The position numbers and the translations under genes were made by a program. The notes beneath the pieces were generated by a model. It ran no database searches, was not told the origin of the DNA, and was given only the letters and a program-made list of their open reading frames with translations. DNA of 64,000 nucleotides from Batkoa obscura (taxonomy: Eukaryota). Positions 62,951 through 64,000 of the stretch are shown in pieces (the first letter of the stretch is position 1; each line of letters starts with the position of its first letter). The DNA is taken from NCBI GenBank assembly GCA_030770535.1, contig JASVEC010000026.1, forward strand, positions 434,001-498,000, in the 5' to 3' direction.

Positions 62951-63496
62951 TTACCAATAAATTCGATGATTACAATAACCGCCTGGATTATTTGATAAAT
63001 AATTTTGATGTTCTCTTTCTGCTATATACCATTTATCAAAAGGAGTAATTTGAGTCACAATTTCATTTTTCCATTTATCTTTAACTTCTAATTTAACTTT
63101 TTCAGCTATTACTTTTTGTTCCTCATTATGGTAAAAGATAGCTGAACGATATTGACTACCCCGATCGTTACCTTGTCTAAAAATATAAATAAGAATTCAA
63201 TAAATAAATAAATAAATAAAAACTTACTTATTTAATGTGGTTGGATCATGAATTCTAAAAAAAAAGTGAACTAAATCTTTATATCCAATTTGATTAGGAT
63301 CAAATTCTAATTGTACTGCTTCGGCATAACCCGTTTTACCACTACATACTTGACGATAAGTAGGATTTTCAATATTACCACCAGTATATCCAACGGAAGA
63401 TTTAATAATTGCTTTACCAAATTCTTTTTTGAAATAATGTTCAATACCCCAAAAACATCCTCCTGCTAAAGTAGCTAATTGAGTAAGAGTACTCAT
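62951..63496 (-). CDS. msrA: Peptide methionine sulfoxide reductase A (2 exons)
   Basis: [44 protein letters not shown]. Confidence 0.95.
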
Positions 63497-63765
63497 TGTT
63501 ATTATTTGTTTTTATTTGTTATGGAATTAGAAGAATGTTGAATTGAAGATTATGAGCTATACTTTTTATAATTATTATTTGGATGACCTCATCTAAGACG
63601 GAAATTAGTCTAAGTTAATTTGATTTTTATTGGTGAGTTCAATGCTTGGTAAGAATTTTTTATTAGTAATATCGATTTTAATTAAATTAAATTTTATATT
63701 AAATTAAATTTTTAATTTATTACAATTTTATTCAATTATTTATTTATAAAAGATAAAATGAGTTG

Positions 63766-63870
63766 AAAATAAAAAATAAAAAATAAAAAATAAAAAATAA
63801 AAAATAAAAAATAAAAAATAATAAAAAATAATAAAATAATAAAATAATAAAATAATAAAATAATATAAAA
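63766..63870 (+). repeat. A-rich simple tandem repeat (AAAAAAT / AATAAAAT units)
   Basis: Directly visible. Confidence 0.85.
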
Positions 63871-63874
63871 TTTA

Positions 63875-64000
63875 TTAATTTAAACAATCTCTTTTAATAT
63901 CAATAAATCCACCTTCAGCGATATCATATTCAACTAATAACTGATTGACAGTAGAATTTTGTCGATAAATTAATTCCAAATGTGGTATTGCTGGTTTTCC
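63875..64000 (-). CDS. 3' end of a gene extending beyond the window
   Basis: Open frame GKPAIPHLELIYRQNSTVNQLLVEYDIAEGGFIDIKRDCLN*. Confidence 0.55.
   Translation of the reverse strand, partial: GKPAIPHLELIYRQNSTVNQLLVEYDIAEGGFIDIKRDCLN

Overview
A very AT-rich eukaryotic window with short (~45-100 bp) GT-AG introns. Gene content points to a fungus; an early-diverging lineage such as Entomophthoromycotina is an inference only. About 24 protein-coding genes can be supported: DUF3020, Uds1/HR1, cyclin L-like, KIN1, CYSTM, SSL1, PEX3, an NSUN-type methyltransferase, cytosolic TrpRS, RTR1, RPC34, arylamine N-acetyltransferase, three GH72 glucanosyltransferases, an Amun-like HhH protein, peflin, a PDK1/PKH-like kinase, MsrA and several orphans. 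They alternate with transposon-rich islands at about 1-9 kb, 26.4-28.5 kb, 38.5-42 kb and 46-55 kb. Main observations missed by the ORF track: (1) about 25 copies of a ~99-bp MITE with GRG...CYC ends and 4-bp TSDs (mostly AWWT), plus a ~2-kb decayed element with related ends and a HGKSxVDGHFG transposase remnant (Sola-like by inference); (2) a spliced 282-aa Hv1-like voltage-sensor protein lacking the canonical selectivity residues; (3) an intact secreted Kunitz/BPTI-like gene and a second, pseudogenised Kunitz gene; (4) two near-identical GH72 copies with diverged flanks (probable gene conversion) and no GPI signal. A truncated LINE with TSD, two LTR-like copies and a piggyBac-like insertion are also visible. 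All alignments and splice models were made by eye.
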